Shown here: piece after piece, positions 62,507-64,000 of the stretch
How positions within the stretch are numbered: the first letter of the stretch is position 1
Layout: every line of letters begins with the position of its first letter
Assembly (NCBI GenBank): GCA_963845085.1
Contig: CAWJQI010000004.1
Span: 835,232 to 899,231 of the forward strand
Source: Candidatus Fermentibacterota bacterium
GTDB taxonomy: Bacteria > Fermentibacterota > Fermentibacteria > Fermentibacterales > JCC-6
DNA length: 64,000 nucleotides
Reading direction: 5' to 3'
Translations under genes and position numbers: made by a program
The notes under the pieces: model-generated
Seen by the model: only the letters and a program-made list of their open reading frames with translations
Told to the model about the DNA's origin: nothing
The model's database searches: none

Positions 62507-62953
62507 TCATTCCTCCAGCTTCTCGAGCCGACCGTAAAGCAGATCGGCTATGGTGTTCCTTTTCAGGTAATCCACGGTGAGCGCCCTGAGATTGGCCCAG
62601 AGCTGCCTGGTCCTGCATGTGCCGGTCATGTCGCAGTCCTTGTTTTCACACTGCTCTTCCTCAAAACCTGGCAGCACGCAGTTCGTGGGAAGAAAGTCAT
62701 TTTCAAGAAGGCTTACCACGGACAGGATTGAAATGGAATCAGAAGGCATGCCAAGGGAGTACCCTCCGCCAGGCCCCCTGAGTCCCTTGACTATGCCGCT
62801 GTCCCTGAGCTTGATGAAGATCTGCTCAAGATACCTGATGGGTATGTTCTCCTCTTCAGCGATCTTCGCGAGGGATACGGGGGTCTCACCCTCAAGGGAT
62901 GCGAGGCGTACCAGCGCCCTGAGGCCGTATCTGCTTCTTGTTGAGATCAGCAA
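62507..62953 (-). CDS. iscR: IscR-like Rrf2 regulator
   Basis: STRSRYGLRA, YLEQIF, RGPGGGY, Cys-rich C-terminus; heads the nifU-nifS operon. Confidence 0.82.
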   Translation of the reverse strand: MLISTRSRYGLRALVRLASLEGETPVSLAKIAEEENIPIRYLEQIFIKLRDSGIVKGLRGPGGGYSLGMPSDSISILSVVSLLENDFLPTNCVLPGFEEEQCENKDCDMTGTCRTRQLWANLRALTVDYLKRNTIADLLYGRLEKLEE

Positions 62954-63005
62954 TGCGCACCTCTTCCGAAAAACATGATCTCATCACAGCGGGAATCCCG
63001 GTCCG

Positions 63006-63514
63006 TCACTTTGCACCAAGCTTCCGGATCGCAAGCAGGACGGCTGCGATCACGGCTCCCACGGCCATGATGACAAGCATCAGCTTGAAGGCCATTGGCA
63101 GTGTCTGGTATCGAACGCCGTCTCCGCGAAAAATCAACTCCGCGTCGAGGGCAACCTGAACGGGATGATAGTTTCCCCGGTTGCTGACAAGAAGGACATG
63201 GTCGCCAAAGCCGGGTACACCGATCTCAAAATCACCCGTGGAAGCGGAAAGAAATCCGAGAGTGTCGGCTTCCCCCCCGAACTCCACCGCCTGAATCCGT
63301 CGGATGTAAGAAGGATGTACTCAACGCTTGCCGTATCGGGAGTCACGGTGATGGTGCCCGATATTCTGGCGTCGACCCCCTGGGCTTCCTGAACACGAAA
63401 GCTGATGTACCGGTACTGCCCGACTGAAATTCCAAGCGTGTCGTCAAGAAGAGGCACGCTCCCGGCGACAAGCATGGATGAGGCCAGACAGAGAGCTGCA
63501 AGTGCTTTGATCAT
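63006..63514 (-). CDS. Hypothetical membrane-anchored exported protein; frameshift at the C7 tract 63272-63278
   Basis: Signal-peptide ORF 63134-63514 joins ORF 63006-63287 (C-terminal TM) when one G is added. Confidence 0.6.
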
Positions 63515-63558
63515 GTGTGATTATACCTCAACTTCCAGACTTCTCACAATCCGCGTGG

Positions 63559-64000
63559 TCATCTCCCCCGCCTGCGCACCGCTTTTCCAGGTTTCGCGTG
63601 TGAGATTTCGGCCACCGGTGAACTGCCCGGTTCGGGTTCCCCGAGTTTCAATAGCAGGAACACCCCGGTCAGTACCATCAGGGCTGCCAGCAGAAGCGAA
63701 CCCCAGAGAAACACTGCGGTAACCCTGGAAGGGCTGAACGATCCTGAGAGCCTGCTCAAGGACTGGTCCGCCCTGCCGAGCGATGTTTCAAGCTCCGCGA
63801 CGTCTTCGTCCATGGCGGTGACATCCGCTGTCAGGGAGTCGAGCGATTCACCCACCGATACGACCCTGTCGGAGAGCACAACGATCTCCTCCTGAAGGTC
63901 TTCAGTTGTGTCGTGAAGTGTGTTCAGCTTATCTGAGGTTTCCCTGAGCCGGTTCCCCGGCAGCAGGGATCCCGCAACGCCAGCCATTCTTCTCAGATCG
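63559..64000 (-). CDS. Partial coiled-coil membrane protein
   Basis: Heptad-rich stretch followed by a TM segment; the start probably lies beyond the window. Confidence 0.55.
   Translation of the reverse strand, partial: DLRRMAGVAGSLLPGNRLRETSDKLNTLHDTTEDLQEEIVVLSDRVVSVGESLDSLTADVTAMDEDVAELETSLGRADQSLSRLSGSFSPSRVTAVFLWGSLLLAALMVLTGVFLLLKLGEPEPGSSPVAEISHAKPGKAVRRRGR

Overview
Bacterial, mostly GC-rich window. The many secreted proteins with FlgD/T9SS-type C-terminal sorting domains suggest an FCB-group anaerobe such as Ca. Fermentibacterota; this is inference. 1-37.5 kb is largely ordinary chromosome: a heterodimeric ABC exporter with a candidate leader-peptide attenuator, an Rrf2-ferredoxin-hcp operon, a long GreA, a surface-polysaccharide cluster (MurJ, Wzz, Wzy/WaaL, several GTs, B12 radical SAM, WcaJ, DegT), dgkA, serS, elbB and malY. 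53.8-64 kb holds secDF and iscR-nifU-nifS. The most notable region is about 41.0-53.8 kb: an integrase-less tandem array of cassettes at the 3' end of tRNA-Arg(ACG). Each unit starts with the tRNA 3'-end core TGGTACGCC and a conserved ~100-aa HTH mini-gene, and carries variable secreted, mostly beta-propeller cargo with a C-terminal sorting domain. Units decay with distance from the tRNA and share heads and tails in a mosaic pattern. Many core genes have single-base frameshifts in homopolymers, most likely long-read assembly errors.
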